From the NCBI GenBank assembly GCA_964016885.1, contig OZ024749.1, positions 23,994,001 to 24,058,000 of the forward strand: a stretch of DNA of 64,000 nt. Reading direction: 5' to 3'. Each line of letters starts with the position of its first letter. Positions within the stretch are counted from its first letter, which is position 1. Shown here piece by piece: positions 46,678-60,942 of the stretch. The position numbers and the translations under genes are program-made. The stretch is from Eledone cirrhosa. Taxonomy: Eukaryota. A model generated the notes under the pieces. The model was not told the origin of the DNA. It did not search any database and saw only the letters and a list, made by a program, of their open reading frames with translations.

Positions 46678-48042
46678 GTCGCCGTTGCACGACAGCAGAC
46701 CCGCCTTTAGGGGAGTGGCTCCGCCATGTTTTTTTGAGAAAAAAATTATTATTTTTTTTCAAAATAAAGTTCAAATATTTGGGCCAAAAGGCCCAAATAT
46801 TATGAGTTATTCCTTCACAGGATACAAATGAATGTCTTATAATGCTTCAACGGTACAAAAAATAAACAATTCTCTACAATTAATCCTCAAAAAATTGCTT
46901 ACTCACGGAGCTTCAAAAAACGTACATCCACTTTCGTCAATAATAATAATAATAATAATAAAATATATATATATATATATATATTCCTGAGTAAGTGAAT
47001 AAATATATATATATAGAGAGGTGGAGAGAAAGAGTGACATAGAGATAGGGAGTGATAGAGTAGTCGGAAAGAGAGTTGATCATTACACAAAGAAGATATA
47101 AATAAGACAAAAAATGCGATCAGCGTCTTTTCAATGAAACATTACCGTAGGCATTGACTGAGTGCATTTGACAAATTAAACAGACTTACGCACATGTATG
47201 TGTGCATACACACCACACACAAACACACAGACACACACATATATATATACAATAAAGTATGTCCATAGAATCATTTGATAAAGTATATACACTATCTCCC
47301 CCAATCAGCATAATCAACCACACACAAAAAACAATTAAACCAGGCTATAAGATTAAAGTGCACCTATGAAGAAATAATAGATAAATAAACGACATATATA
47401 TATATATATATATATAACATATATATATACCTAATATCAATTTATCCGAGAAAAGCGACAAAGAAACCACATTCCGTTTAATATATCAGCAAAAGCCGGT
47501 TCGATTGGCAGCAACAACATAAACAATAACAAAATCAAAATAAATACATATATAAATAACATACAATCACACATTAAAAAAAAAACCAAAACAACATGCT
47601 TTAAATATATAAAGCTGCAGGTAAATCCAATATAGAGACACTAAATGCTTACGTTTGCCCTGGTTTTAGCTTCGTCATTTAATTTACTCTCTGTCGCAAG
47701 TATGACGCGAATTTCAGCAATCATTCTTTGTTTTCTGAAATTGAATCAACTGATTTAACTATTATCGCTACAGCAGGTAGCCTATTCATTTTTCTATAAC
47801 GTCGATTGAATTGACACTTTTGGAATCCCGTCATTATCCCTATAATACGTGATTTGTATTGTGATATATATATATATATGCCTACCTATACATACATATA
47901 TTGACACAATTTGTGTGTGTGTGATTGCAGGTAAGAAGAGATGGAGAAGGAAAGAGTTACATATTCATTGAATACATATATATATGTATATGCATACACA
48001 TATATATGTATGTATATAAATACACATGCATATATGCATGTG

Positions 48043-48079
<37 letters not shown>

Positions 48080-48146
48080 AAATTTTATACTAGAACTAGC
48101 TGTTGAAACGGCAAGTGTTCAACCACCGGACCCAACAACCTCCCTA

Positions 48147-48184
<38 letters not shown>

Positions 48185-48264
48185 GACAGATAGAGAGAGT
48201 GAGAGGCGGGTTGTCAGGAAGACAGGGAGATACATTAAGGAAACTTAAAGTAAAGTAAAATAAC

Positions 48265-48448
48265 TGTTTCTACTTTAGGCACAAGGCCAGCAATTACCCA
48301 ATACATTACTGGTACTTTATTTTATCGACCCAGTAAGGATGAAAGGCAAAGTTAACATCAGCGGGATTTGAACTCAAACCGTAAAGTGACGCAAATATGC
48401 TAGAAAGCATGGCGTCCAACCCTCTACCGATACTGCCAATTCACCGCC
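48265..48448 (-). mobile_element. Full-length SINE-A with TSD
   Basis: agtaaagtaaaataac is duplicated on both sides. Confidence 0.9.
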
Positions 48449-48619
48449 CTAGTAAAGTAAAGTAAAATAACATGTGCATACAACATATCCTGTATAATTC
48501 TTTCATGAAACGTATGTGTGTTTGTGTGTGTTAGCAGATAAGCCGCCTCCTTTTTGATATATAATTTTCTTTCATCTAATGTCGACTGGAAAAACAAAAC
48601 ATTATTAAACATATACAAT

Positions 48620-48803
48620 GGCGGTGGATTGGCAGTATCGGTAGAGGGTCGGACGCCATGCTTTCCAGCATAGTTACGTACATTTACGATCTGAGTTCAA
48701 ATCCCCCGGAGGTTGACTTTGCCTTTCATCCTTACGAGGTCGATAAAATAAAGTACCAGTAATGCACTGGGTAATTGCTGGCCTTGTCCCTAAAGTAGAA
48801 ACA
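48620..48803 (+). mobile_element. Full-length SINE-A with 17-bp TSD
   Basis: attattaaacatataca is duplicated; A box TGGCAGTATCGG, B box GAGTTCAAATCC. Confidence 0.92.
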
Positions 48804-49280
48804 ATTATTAAACATATACACACTACTACATCAAGTTAGTGCAAACAATCTAACATGCATTTTTATCGTTTTCGGTGCACCCGGCCGATTAACCCACTCG
48901 ATATTCAAATTGGACTATTCAGCCGTCAATATGCATAAGGTAAGTATATACGTTCAACAATCTGGCAGGAAGGTATACGTTGCGGACGATAGCTAATAAG
49001 CTTCAAACTAGTACAGCGTTCCTTTGTCAGTGTCGAACAAACGAGCAACGATGGTTGCTAGACACTACGGCTTAATACTGGATGTTTGTTTACAAACACA
49101 CCGAGCATTGTAATAAATGTTCGGTGAATCCATACGTACATATATATATGTGTGCATGTATGTATATATATATTCATACTACTTTACGTCTGTATACATA
49201 TATGTATGTACGTGTACATACTTATATTTAAGTAACATCCGTACTAAGAGGGGGAAATGAAATTTCGTTTCATTTTTTCC

Positions 49281-49346
<66 letters not shown>

Positions 49347-50473
49347 GAAAAGTATAGAAATTGTTTTAGCAAGAAGCTAATAGTATTCTATAACATATAT
49401 GTATGTGACTATGTCGTCAAGATGGGAAAAGTAGTTAACGTAAGATTTAGGAAAAATAATTCAAACTCATCTCAAAAGAGAATCAGGATACAAATTCATC
49501 CACAGAATTTAGTGAAATCCAGGGAAAAATCAATAGACCCTTAACTGATGATAAAATAAAGTTTAAAATACTTATCCTTCAATTTAGAAAACATCAAATG
49601 TTCTGTATAGTCTTAAAGACTATTTTATGAAAACTTTCAGTGGAGATGGTCACGGTTGGATTTCAATCGTCAGCAGAGCTCAACAGATAACCAGGGCTAC
49701 CACAGAATTATAAGCCAAAAAGGGAATTCTAAAACTGGCTAGTTCACCATCATGCGTGATTACGAAAAACGTACATGAGGAAAAACGGGGCTAGTGAAGT
49801 CAGGATGAAAATGAATGTTTATTTACAAGAAATAACAGTCAAATACATTCTGAAAAAAACTCTACAAAAGGAGTTCAGCAAATAGCAATATTATCACAAT
49901 ATTAGCACGCATGCGCGTGCAGTAACTCAGGTGCACGAATAAAATATAACAAATGCATCGCCACTTTTCTATCCACATCTACATAACTATACTCGGATAT
50001 ATATATATATATATATATATATGACATCCCTGCGCTGTGCATCTCCATTACTTATAACACTTTTAATGCTTGCACTATCTTTAATGCTTATAATATTTCT
50101 CCACACACAGACTATATCAATCATATAAAGAATTTGCCACCAGATCTACCAACCTAACACTCTTATTTACCTACCTAAGTGCCTCTACCACACATATCTC
50201 TCTGCCACACTATATAAACAAGACGCACATGCGTGCCACACATATAACATTTGCACTATATAACCGCTTATCTTCATGTTGTATTTTAACCTATATTTTT
50301 TATTTTTGATTGTACCTATTAATATAAATGTAATCTCGAAGTGTGTACTGCCACTCTAAATTCTGTAATGAATGTTGACCCACAATGTTTGAATATGTAT
50401 CAATGTTTGAATATGTATTGGTATGTCTCTCGGCTGAAAAGGAGGTCATATAACTGTCCATGCATTAATAAAT

Positions 50474-50520
50474 TGCTCCGAAGAATCCAAACCTCGGTTT
50501 GGAGGAAACAGCTGTAAGCA
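50474..50520 (+). ncRNA. Type I minimal hammerhead, CCGAAGA core
   Basis: tgct-CCGAAGA-a-tccaaacc[tc]ggtttgga-g-GAAA-cagctg-TA-agca; palindromic stem III; (TA)n about 50 bp downstream. Confidence 0.75.
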
Positions 50521-50681
50521 CAATAATGTTTTGAACAGTTCTTTGATTCTTATATTTCATATATTTCATATATATATATATATATATGTGTGTGTAGGAG
50601 GTGAGTTTTATTGTAGCACAATAGAGCAATGCAAATATCGGATAAGTAGCACTCTACAGTTTGTAGGTCTGAGTATAAATA

Positions 50682-51021
50682 ATATAAGATCAAAAGATGG
50701 TTAAAAGTGTTGCAAGTATTTTATTATTCGCATTTCAAAAACAAATATCATCATGGGATGATATCTGCGTTCTCATCAGATAAAATAGGCAGACATGATA
50801 TGAAGCTTAAAAACACTTGTGAATAGTGAAGTTTTAAATCAACATATGCCAATTATATGTTGATTTAAAACTTCACTATTCACAAGTGATTTTAAGGTTC
50901 ATATCATGTCTCCCTATTTTATCTGATGAGAACGCAGATATCATAGATATCATCCCATGATGATATTTGTTTTTGAAATGCGAATAATAAAATACTTGCA
51001 ACACTTTTAACCATCTTTGAT

Positions 51022-51028
<7 letters not shown>
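50682..51028. mobile_element. Fold-back of the terminal ~165 bp of the 61378-64000 PLE family, with hammerheads at 50719-50785 (minus) and 50917-50992 (plus)
   Basis: Left arm is colinear with 61378-61545; ttttat-CTGATGA-gaacgcagatatca...tgatatttgttttt-GAAA-tgcgaa-TA-ataaaa. Confidence 0.88.
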
Positions 51029-51054
<26 letters not shown>

Positions 51055-52214
51055 GTGTTTGTGTATTTGCGTGTGCAACTGTTTATGCACATGTATATAT
51101 ATATGTTTGTGTGTGTGTATGTGCATGTATGACATACTCGTGCGTGTCACTTAATTCATACCTGAAAGGTATTTTTTTCCTATACAACTACATTTAAAAC
51201 CCTACAAACTTTTGTAAATCATTATCTGACATGGCATACTTGTTACTGTTTATTTTTTTTTGTCATTGTTGATATGTTGTTATTTTGTTATTTTTGATAT
51301 GGTGTTGTTATTGTTGGCGTCCTTCTTCTTCTTCTTCTTCTTCTTCTTCTTCTTCTTCTTCTTCTTCTCCTTCTGTTTTTTTTTTGTAGTCATTTACTAT
51401 TCCTTTCTCTGGGGCTGTGTGTATGTGGGCTATGCACTATATCTCTAGATATTGCTGTTGTTGTTGTTATTTTATATTGTAACCACTGTACTCGTCCGTT
51501 GTTGTCTTTATAGTTGTTAATGCAGTTCCCGTAGTTGTTTTAATCGTTCATTTTGTTGTTGTTTTTTGTCGAAGTTACTGTGTAGCTCCGGGTTAGTTTT
51601 GATACTGGGAAACCACAATAAGTTGTTCCTGTCACGAATTTCACGTCATTTATTCCGATACAGTAAACTTAAGTTAACATTAACCAAAGTCTCCTTCCAA
51701 TGATAAGTTTGGGGACTCTGAGATGTTGCTGATGTGGATAATTTGCTTATCTAGATGGTAGAACGACTACACATTTTTATTTCATTTGACGTGAGTCTAT
51801 ATGCTATGACATGACATGAAATAACACAGTCGTATGGCTCCAAATTGAGTTGTAGGGGCAGTGTAGTTATAAACAGCGTTACTTAAGCATTAAAACCAGG
51901 CGTGGCCCAATCTTCTGCAGTTATAAACTGAGAGAATAAACTAGAATAAACTAAAATGGTTAAATGTGAAGTATTATACTTTTGTCAAAGTTTTAGGGGC
52001 AACTATTGTCTCTTTGTTGTAGGAGATCTGTTTCCTTTAGTGTATATAAGCAATATCCCAAGTTGGTCAGCGTAGATCACATAATAATGGTACACTTCAA
52101 ATCCAAATCCAAATTCAGGCCCTTCTCAGTCATTTTGGAACCGTCCGTCCCTGGTTAACGCCCACTGCTCCATATCACTGGCCATATTTGGCCATGCGGA
52201 GCCTAAGAATCGGT

Positions 52215-52305
52215 GCAGACATGCTCAAGGAAACAAAGCGATCCCGGGAATAGAACTCATGACCATGCGATTGTGAAAGCAAACACGCTAACCACTACGT
52301 TATGT
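52215..52305 (-). mobile_element. Degenerate tRNA-derived SINE head
   Basis: tgctcaagga...ggaatagaactca...ctaaccactac resembles the head of SINE-B (14728-14815). Confidence 0.5.
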
Positions 52306-53084
52306 GACACATGGGGGTTCACTCATATGCAGCCACGATTTCACATATCAAATAGATACACTCACACACGAACATAATCCTGTTAGAACGCTCACACATA
52401 AGTGCATTTACACAGAAACACATATTTACACATACAATTTCATATATCAAATATATGTACTTCAACAAGCGCACAATCTTTTCGCCCGCTCACATACAAG
52501 TGACAGTACACAGAAACACACATTTGCATACACACAACGCACACGATCTTACATGTCAAATAGATACACACACGTACACAATCATGCGCACCTGTTCTGA
52601 TACACATCTACGTACACACACACATGCATTTACACACACAAACACACACACACGCATACACACAGTTACGCAAACACACACACACATACATACACACACA
52701 CACAGCATTTACGCAAACACACACACACATAAACACACACACACACACGCACATACATATGAACGATCTCACATATCACATAGATGAACACTCTCTCAAT
52801 CGTTTGCGCAAAAGTGCACATACACAGAAGGGGGTATGTTAACACACACACACACACACACCGACATGCACACCCACACACACACTAAATCACACACACA
52901 CACACACATGCAATCCGCCATCGAATTCTCTGGAACATACAATAAGTAGTAATTGTTGTCAAAACATAGTTGGTAAGAAGAGCAAACTTTAGATGAAAGG
53001 TGACGACAAGAATGCCGCTTTTAAAGCGACAGGTAAAAAACTGGTAACAATGATGGAGTGAACTACTTCAGGAAAACAGGGGTG

Positions 53085-53670
53085 AAGAGAGAGACACAGA
53101 GAGAGGGGGGATATAGAGGGAGGAAGAGGAAGAGAGAGGAAGACAGAAAGAATGTAAAAGACGTGAATCCCCCAGGAAGACAGGGTGGTTAGACAAACAG
53201 GAAGAGAGAGTGAGTGAGATAGAGCGAGAGTGAGGGTTATAGAGGGTGGAAGAGAGAGACAGAGAGAGAGGGGGGATATAGAGGGAGGAAGAGACAGAGA
53301 GAGGAAGACAGAAAGAATGAAAAAGACGTGAATCCCCCAGGAAGACAGGGTGATTAGACAAACAGGAAGAGAGAGTGAGTGAGATAGAGTGAGAGTGAGG
53401 GTTATAGAGGGTGGAAGAGAGAGACAGAGAGAGAGGGGGGATATAGAGGGAGGAAGAGAAAGAGAGAGGAAGACAGAAAGAATGAAAAAGACGTGAATCC
53501 CCTAGGAAGACAGGGTGATTAGACAAACAGGAAGAGAGAGTGAGTGAGATAGAGTGAGAGTGAGGGTTATAGAGGTAGGAAGAGAGAGACATAGATGGGG
53601 GGGGGGGGGTTATAGAGGGAGGAAGAGAAAGAGAGAGGAAGACAGGATGATTAGACAAACAGGATGAGAG
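53085..53670. repeat. Purine-rich minisatellite, 165-bp unit, about 3.5 copies
   Basis: acgtgaatcccc recurs at 53161, 53326 and 53491. Confidence 0.9.
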
Positions 53671-54303
53671 AGAGAGAGAAAGAGAGAGATGGAAAGAGAT
53701 ATTGAGAGAGAACGGAGATATTGAGAGAAAGAGAGATTTGGAGAAGGAGATAGTGGGAATAAGAGATAGAGATAGAGGAAGGCAGACAGAGTGAGAGAGA
53801 CGTGAATCCTCGGGGAGGCAGGACATTTTAGAAAAACTGGAAAGGAGAGAGATAGAAAGAGAGGAGAGAGAAAGAGAGAGAGAGAGAGACACACACACAT
53901 AGGGGGTGAGAGAGAGAGGAATACATCACCAGAAATAAAGCAGAAGAGGTACATGTAGAGGAAAGATGAGAGTGTATCTGTGCGATAGTTAGAGAGAGGA
54001 AATAGCGTGCTTGGGAGATAGATAGAGGGGAAGAGAAGGAGTAGAGAGTGACAGTGGGAGGCTTTCAAGAGAAAAAAAAAGAAACATTCGAGAGGGAGAG
54101 ACTGTGGCAAAAAACTAGCAAGACAGAAATAGTAGAGAGAGAGAGAGAGAGAGAGAGATAGAGCAAACGAAAGAGAAGGGAAGAAGATTCTGTGAAAGAA
54201 AGACAGAGGGTGAGAGCGGGAGCTAAGAATGTGAGAGAAGAGAATGGGTGCAGAGAGTAAGAGGGAGAGAGAGGGGAAGATAGTGAGAGGAAGAGAGAGG
54301 GAG

Positions 54304-54393
<90 letters not shown>

Positions 54394-54835
54394 TATTAAG
54401 AAAAGTAACCCTCCAAATGAGATGAAGTCAACAAGACTATCGCTGCAATGGTTTTGTCTAGACATGGAATTCCAACTTCATTGTATGGATGTTGGCGACT
54501 TTTGAAAAGAAGAAGACATGCAAACGATGTTTACTGTAAATGCAAAATCAAATGTAGAGTGTTTATATGCGGAATGTCAAGGAGAGTCGTGTAACCTTTT
54601 CCATTTGTATTGCAACAGGTTATGAGGAATCTGGAATCAACTAAACATGAACTTTTCTATATATGAGTACAGATTGTGTACCGAATAATTGACAAAAACG
54701 ACGGGAAAAGCTTTAATATAAATGTCAAGCATTATAAATGATAGTTTTGCATTTATTCTCCAACAACGAACTCACCTTTACAGATTAAAGGAATTTATAT
54801 ATATATATATATATTCAGTATATATGTATATACAC

Positions 54836-54945
<110 letters not shown>

Positions 54946-54947
54946 CA

Positions 54948-54997
<50 letters not shown>

Positions 54998-54999
54998 CA

Positions 55000-56500
55000 T
55001 CTTACAGACCCACACTCCCCCCGGCCTGAACTCCCCACCCTTATTCCTTTAGCGTTCGACCGCCCCCCTCCCCCCACACTTATCCCCCACTAACACCACT
55101 AACACACCCCTCCTTTTCACCACCCACCCCACACTAACAATACTAACACCACCCTTCCCCAACTAACATACTAACATCCCTTCCCTCCCCTCTTCTCCTC
55201 CTCCCCCCATCCTTATCACACGCACACACGCACCCACTTACACCACCCACCCCACACGCAACTAACATCACTAACACCCTCCAACCCCACGCACACGTAC
55301 CCACACACCCTCGTACACCACCAACTCTACACACCCTACCCCCACTAACCCCCACTCACACCTGCATTCCACCCCTCCTCACCTCCCGTATACTAACACC
55401 CACTAACACCTCTTCACCAAACTACACACACACCAGTACACCACACTCCCTCCATAGAACCACACACACCCTTCTCTCCCCGCTCCACACTCACTCATCC
55501 CACTAACACCCCTACTAATACACACACACACACACACACACCTTCCTCACTCCAACTCTCACACCTACCCATCCTCGCCTCCCTACCATTCGGCCGACTG
55601 CTGCTATGCCCTTCCGACCACTGTCTCAGCACCAACTGACCACAGCACTTCCAATGCTGACCACTTCCTGTTGCGCGCGCACCCCAAATCTCTCCTCTTC
55701 CGACCACCGCTTCTTGGATTACCCACACGCGTTATTGACTTCCAACCAAAATCTCCATACATCCGTGTAACTTACCACTTTTCAACCATCCTCTTACACC
55801 ATCACCTATATAACTCACCCACACACACACCCCAACAAAAATTGTTTATCCACACGCCACCCACACCTACAACACGCTTAAACCACACACACGTGCTTCC
55901 CACCACATATTTACACCCTCAGCCCCCTGATTCCTCTCCCCCCACCACCCTATCCACACACGCACAGACCCTCCGACCCACAAAAACACCCCCCACACAC
56001 ACCTTCCTGAACATGCAACCCCGTTCTTCCCCCAACCCTCACTTTCACATACACACACACACACACACACGCACACCTAACCACACACACCACATTCAGC
56101 CCTACCCGCTCGGATACCCCGTCTCACACTCCCCACTCCACCCACCACCACCTCTACACACCCCACACCCTTCCACCACCTGTTTACCCCCCTTTTAATT
56201 TCAGTTTATTTTGATCGTGCCTTTATTTTTAAATTTTCTCATTCCTTGTATTTTGATCATGCTTTATTTTTATTTATTATTTATTATATTTTTGTCTTTA
56301 TTTGTTAATTTTTCATTCGCACCGTTTCCTTTCGCTATATGTCTCTCCACCACTCCCCTACACACCTTTTGAACTCTCACCTGAAGAAGGGCTTATGCCC
56401 GAAACGTCGTGCCCCACCTACCCCCCACTCTCCTGAGCGTGAATTTAATAAACATTTATCGTTCTGCCTCTCTGTTCTATCCCTGTTCAATTTTTCATTA
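55000..56500 (+). mobile_element. C/A-rich non-coding element ending in a hammerhead terminus (longer copy of the 15100 family)
   Basis: Bounded by (TA)n on both sides; 56003-56500 matches 15100-15576. Confidence 0.6.
56378..56411 (+). ncRNA. Ultra-minimal hammerhead (stem III reduced to ACGT)
   Basis: cac-CTGAAGA-a-gggc[ttat]gccc-GAAA-cg-TC-gtg. Confidence 0.7.
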
Positions 56501-56621
56501 TATATATATGTATATATATATATATATATATATACAGTATATATGTATATATATATATATATACAGTATATATATATATATATTTATTATTATTATGTAA
56601 TAAACAACATAAGGCAATTAT

Positions 56622-56679
56622 TCCATTTACCAGTGGTTTCTTAAAAGCAAAAGGTTTTGCTTTCAATCCTCAGAATGAA
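56622..56679 (-). ncRNA. Type I hammerhead (left arm)
   Basis: Reverse complement of 58856-58913. Confidence 0.82.
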
Positions 56680-57071
56680 AAATCCTGGTTTGTTTATTGA
56701 ATATGGATTCTAAAAACAAAAATGCAATCTATATGAAAGTGAGGCTGGAAAAGGGAGAAGGAAAGGAAAAATAAAATAAAACTACACATGCAAACACACA
56801 CAAAAAAAACACAAAAGCATATTTACACACACATACATATATACATATATATAAATGTACGCATACACATATACATATACATATACACATATATATATAT
56901 ATAAAAAGCGTACACCTACACACACATACACATATATACACACATATACACATACATACATTCATACATACACACACACACACACACACATACACACACA
57001 CACACACACACACATACACACACACATATATATACATGTACATATATATATATATATATATATACATATAT

Positions 57072-57106
<35 letters not shown>

Positions 57107-57486
57107 TGTGTGTGTACAAGCATACACATACACACACACATATATATACACATACATACATTCACACAAACATACAACGTAAATACATACACATACATGA
57201 ATGCACTCCACTACATATTCACACACGCAAATAAATATAAGAAAAAAATATATAAATATATATTAACAAATGTTTGACAGCGATACATGCCCCAGCTAAC
57301 AGGACAGACACGCGTGGTAAGTAATACACACAAAAGCACATATACATACGTACGAAATAGTAAACACATACACACACTCTCACACATAAATATACATATA
57401 CAAATACATAAACACGTACATACACATACATACACAAACACGTACACGTATATAATATAAACACACACATGTATATGTAATTATAT

Positions 57487-57532
<46 letters not shown>

Positions 57533-57745
57533 ACAAAAATATAAAAATATAAACGCACAAACACATATACATAACACATATACATACATAGCTAAACAAT
57601 TATACACATGCAAATACGTATATATCAAAAGCACGCACAACCAAATACAAACACACACACACACACACATACCCACAAACACACCCACACATACATAAAA
57701 ATAAATAAATACACACGCACACATATACATACATACACATACATA

Positions 57746-57783
<38 letters not shown>

Positions 57784-57980
57784 CATTTATTTATTTTTAT
57801 GTATGTGTGGGTGTGTGTGTGGGTATGTGTGTGTGTGTGTGTGTGTGTGTGTTTGTATTTGGTTGTGCGTGCTTTTGATATATACGTACTTGCATGTGTA
57901 TAATTGTTTAGCTATGTATGTATATGTGTGTTTACGTATTTATATGTGTGTGTGCGTTTATATTTTTATATTTTCGTATG

Positions 57981-58053
<73 letters not shown>

Positions 58054-58429
58054 ATATAATTACATATACATGTGTGTGTTTATATTATATACGTGTACGT
58101 GTTTGTGTATGTATGTGTATGTACGTGTTTATGTATTTGTATATGTATATTTATGTGTGAGAGTGTGTGTATGTGTTTACTATTTCGTACGTATGTATAT
58201 GTGCTTTTGTGTGTATTACTTACCACGCGTGTCTGTCCTGTTAGCTGGGGCATGTATCGCTGTCAAAAATTTGTTAATATATATTTATATATTTTTTTCT
58301 TATATTTATTTGCGTGTGTGAATATGTAGTGGAGTGCATTCATGTATGTGTATGTATGTACGTTGTATGTTTGTGTGAATGTATGTATGTGTATATATAT
58401 GTGTGTGTGTATGTGTATGCTTGTACACA

Positions 58430-58468
<39 letters not shown>

Positions 58469-58533
58469 ATATATGTATATATATATATACATATATATAT
58501 ACGTACATGTATATATATGTGTGTGTGTATGTG

Positions 58534-58572
<39 letters not shown>

Positions 58573-58855
58573 ATGTATGAATGTATGTATGTGTATATGT
58601 GTGTATATATGTGTATGTGTGTGTAGGTGTACGCTTTATATATATATATATATGTGTATATGTATATGTGTATGCGTACATTTATATATATGTATATATG
58701 TATGTGTGTGTAAGTATGCTTTTGTGTTTTTTTGTGTGTGTTTGCATGTGTAGTTTTATTTTATTTTTCCTTTCCTTCTCCCTTTTCCAGCCTCACTTTC
58801 ATATAGATTGCATTTTTGTTTTTAGAATCCATATTCAATAAACAAACCAGGATTT

Positions 58856-58913
58856 TTCATTCTGAGGATTGAAAGCAAAACCTTTTGCTTTTAAGAAACC
58901 ACTGGTAAATGGA
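58856..58913 (+). ncRNA. Type I hammerhead (right arm)
   Basis: ttcatt-CTGAGGA-ttgaaagcaaaa[cc]ttttgcttttaa-GAAA-cca[c]tgg-TA-aatgga. Confidence 0.82.
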
Positions 58914-59224
58914 ATAATTGCCTTATGTTGTTTATTACATAATAATAATAATTAAGCTCTGTTGCATACATAGAGCACTCTTTTTTCCTGGACTTTTCCG
59001 ATGGAATTACTTCATATATATATATATATGTAGATAAATCTACCAAGAGTTTACGGTAGTGTCAAATCCGTATGAAGAACTCAATGTATTTCGGATATCA
59101 TGGAAAGAAGAGATGTAATGAAAAATCACTTTCGGTGAAAGATAAACGGAATACAGTAGAAAGTGAGGTTTTTTTTACAAAATGAAAAATAACCGAGGTG
59201 TCCTACACGAGTGGAAGTATAAAG

Positions 59225-59490
59225 AAAAAGGGATGAAATCGAAAATGCAACTGAAGTCTTATTTTAAAAAAAAAATATATATATTTATTTGGTTCCTTTA
59301 CCGGTTTCGCAGTTCTTCTGCTTTTCAAAAGGTGAGTTGAGATGGAGGGTCTGTGGTTTTTACCACAGACCCTCCATCTCAACTCACCTTTTGAAAAGCA
59401 GAAGAACTGCGAAACCGGTAAAGGAACCAAATAAATATATATATTTTTTTAAAAAATAAGACTTCAGTTGCATTTTCGATTCCATCCCTT

Positions 59491-59493
<3 letters not shown>
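59225..59493. repeat. Near-perfect hairpin with ~130-bp arms carrying two opposed hammerheads
   Basis: Centre at gtggt[tttt]accac (about 59357-59361); hammerheads at 59295-59332 (minus) and 59387-59424 (plus). Confidence 0.92.
59387..59424 (+). ncRNA. 38-nt minimal hammerhead, U3-A8 core
   Basis: cctt-TTGAAAA-gcag[aagaa]ctgc-GAAA-ccgg-TA-aagg. Confidence 0.85.
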
Positions 59494-59531
<38 letters not shown>

Positions 59532-59535
59532 CCAG

Positions 59536-59566
<31 letters not shown>

Positions 59567-59634
59567 ACAATATATATATATATACAGTATATATATATAG
59601 ATATATATACAGTATATATGTATATATATATACA

Positions 59635-59676
<42 letters not shown>

Positions 59677-59769
59677 TATATAAATTTATATATATTATAG
59701 AGTATATATATATAGTATATATATATATACAGTATATATATATATATACAGTATATATATATATATACA

Positions 59770-59823
<54 letters not shown>

Positions 59824-59835
59824 TATATATATACA

Positions 59836-59920
<85 letters not shown>

Positions 59921-59953
59921 TATATAGAGTATATATATATAAATATATATATA

Positions 59954-59987
<34 letters not shown>

Positions 59988-60056
59988 TATATATATACCG
60001 TATATATATATATATGCAGTATATATATATACAGTATATATATATATATGTATAGA

Positions 60057-60100
<44 letters not shown>

Positions 60101-60174
60101 TATATATATATACAGTATATATATACATATATATATATATACAGTATATATATATATATTTATATATATATACA

Positions 60175-60220
<46 letters not shown>

Positions 60221-60225
60221 ATACA

Positions 60226-60311
<86 letters not shown>

Positions 60312-60441
60312 TATATATATACAGTATGTATATAAGTATATACAATATATATATATAAAATATATATATAAATATATATATATATACAGTATATATATAT
60401 ATACAGTATATATATATACAGTATATAAATATATATATACA

Positions 60442-60507
<66 letters not shown>

Positions 60508-60520
60508 TATATATATATAA

Positions 60521-60604
<84 letters not shown>

Positions 60605-60616
60605 TATATATATACA

Positions 60617-60668
<52 letters not shown>

Positions 60669-60678
60669 TATATATACA

Positions 60679-60713
<35 letters not shown>

Positions 60714-60874
60714 CAGTATATATATATACAGTATATATATATATATATATACAGTATATATATAAATATATATATATATACAATATATATATATATATAT
60801 ATATACAGTATATATATATACAGTATATATATATACATTATATATATCTATATATATATATATATATATATACA

Positions 60875-60942
<68 letters not shown>

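Larger units (their letters stand above)
41117..46938 (-). mobile_element. Near full-length Tx1-type (L1 group) non-LTR retrotransposon
   Basis: Two tandem ORFs, sharp GC shift, AATAAA near the 3' end, (AAT)n at both boundaries (41099-41116 and 46939-46959). Confidence 0.9.
56584..58951. repeat. 2.4-kb palindrome (arms 56584-57710 and 57785-58951) capped by hammerheads
   Basis: Unique anchors such as cgatacatgccccagctaacaggacagacacgcgtggtaag and gtgaggctggaaaagggagaagg occur in mirror order; microsatellite lengths differ between arms. Confidence 0.92.

Noticed and set aside
41566-46831. Plus-strand ORFs overlapping the LINE
   Set aside because: Antisense shadows of GC-rich ORF1/ORF2 with no recognisable motifs.
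48620-48720. Possible tRNA genes at A/B-box motifs
   Set aside because: No cloverleaf; the boxes are SINE heads followed by SINE bodies and TSDs.
47921-48946. Splice-like motifs tgcag|gtaag (47926-47935) and aag|gtaagt (about 48938-48946)
   Set aside because: No good polypyrimidine tract or supportable exon ORF; expected by chance without transcript data.
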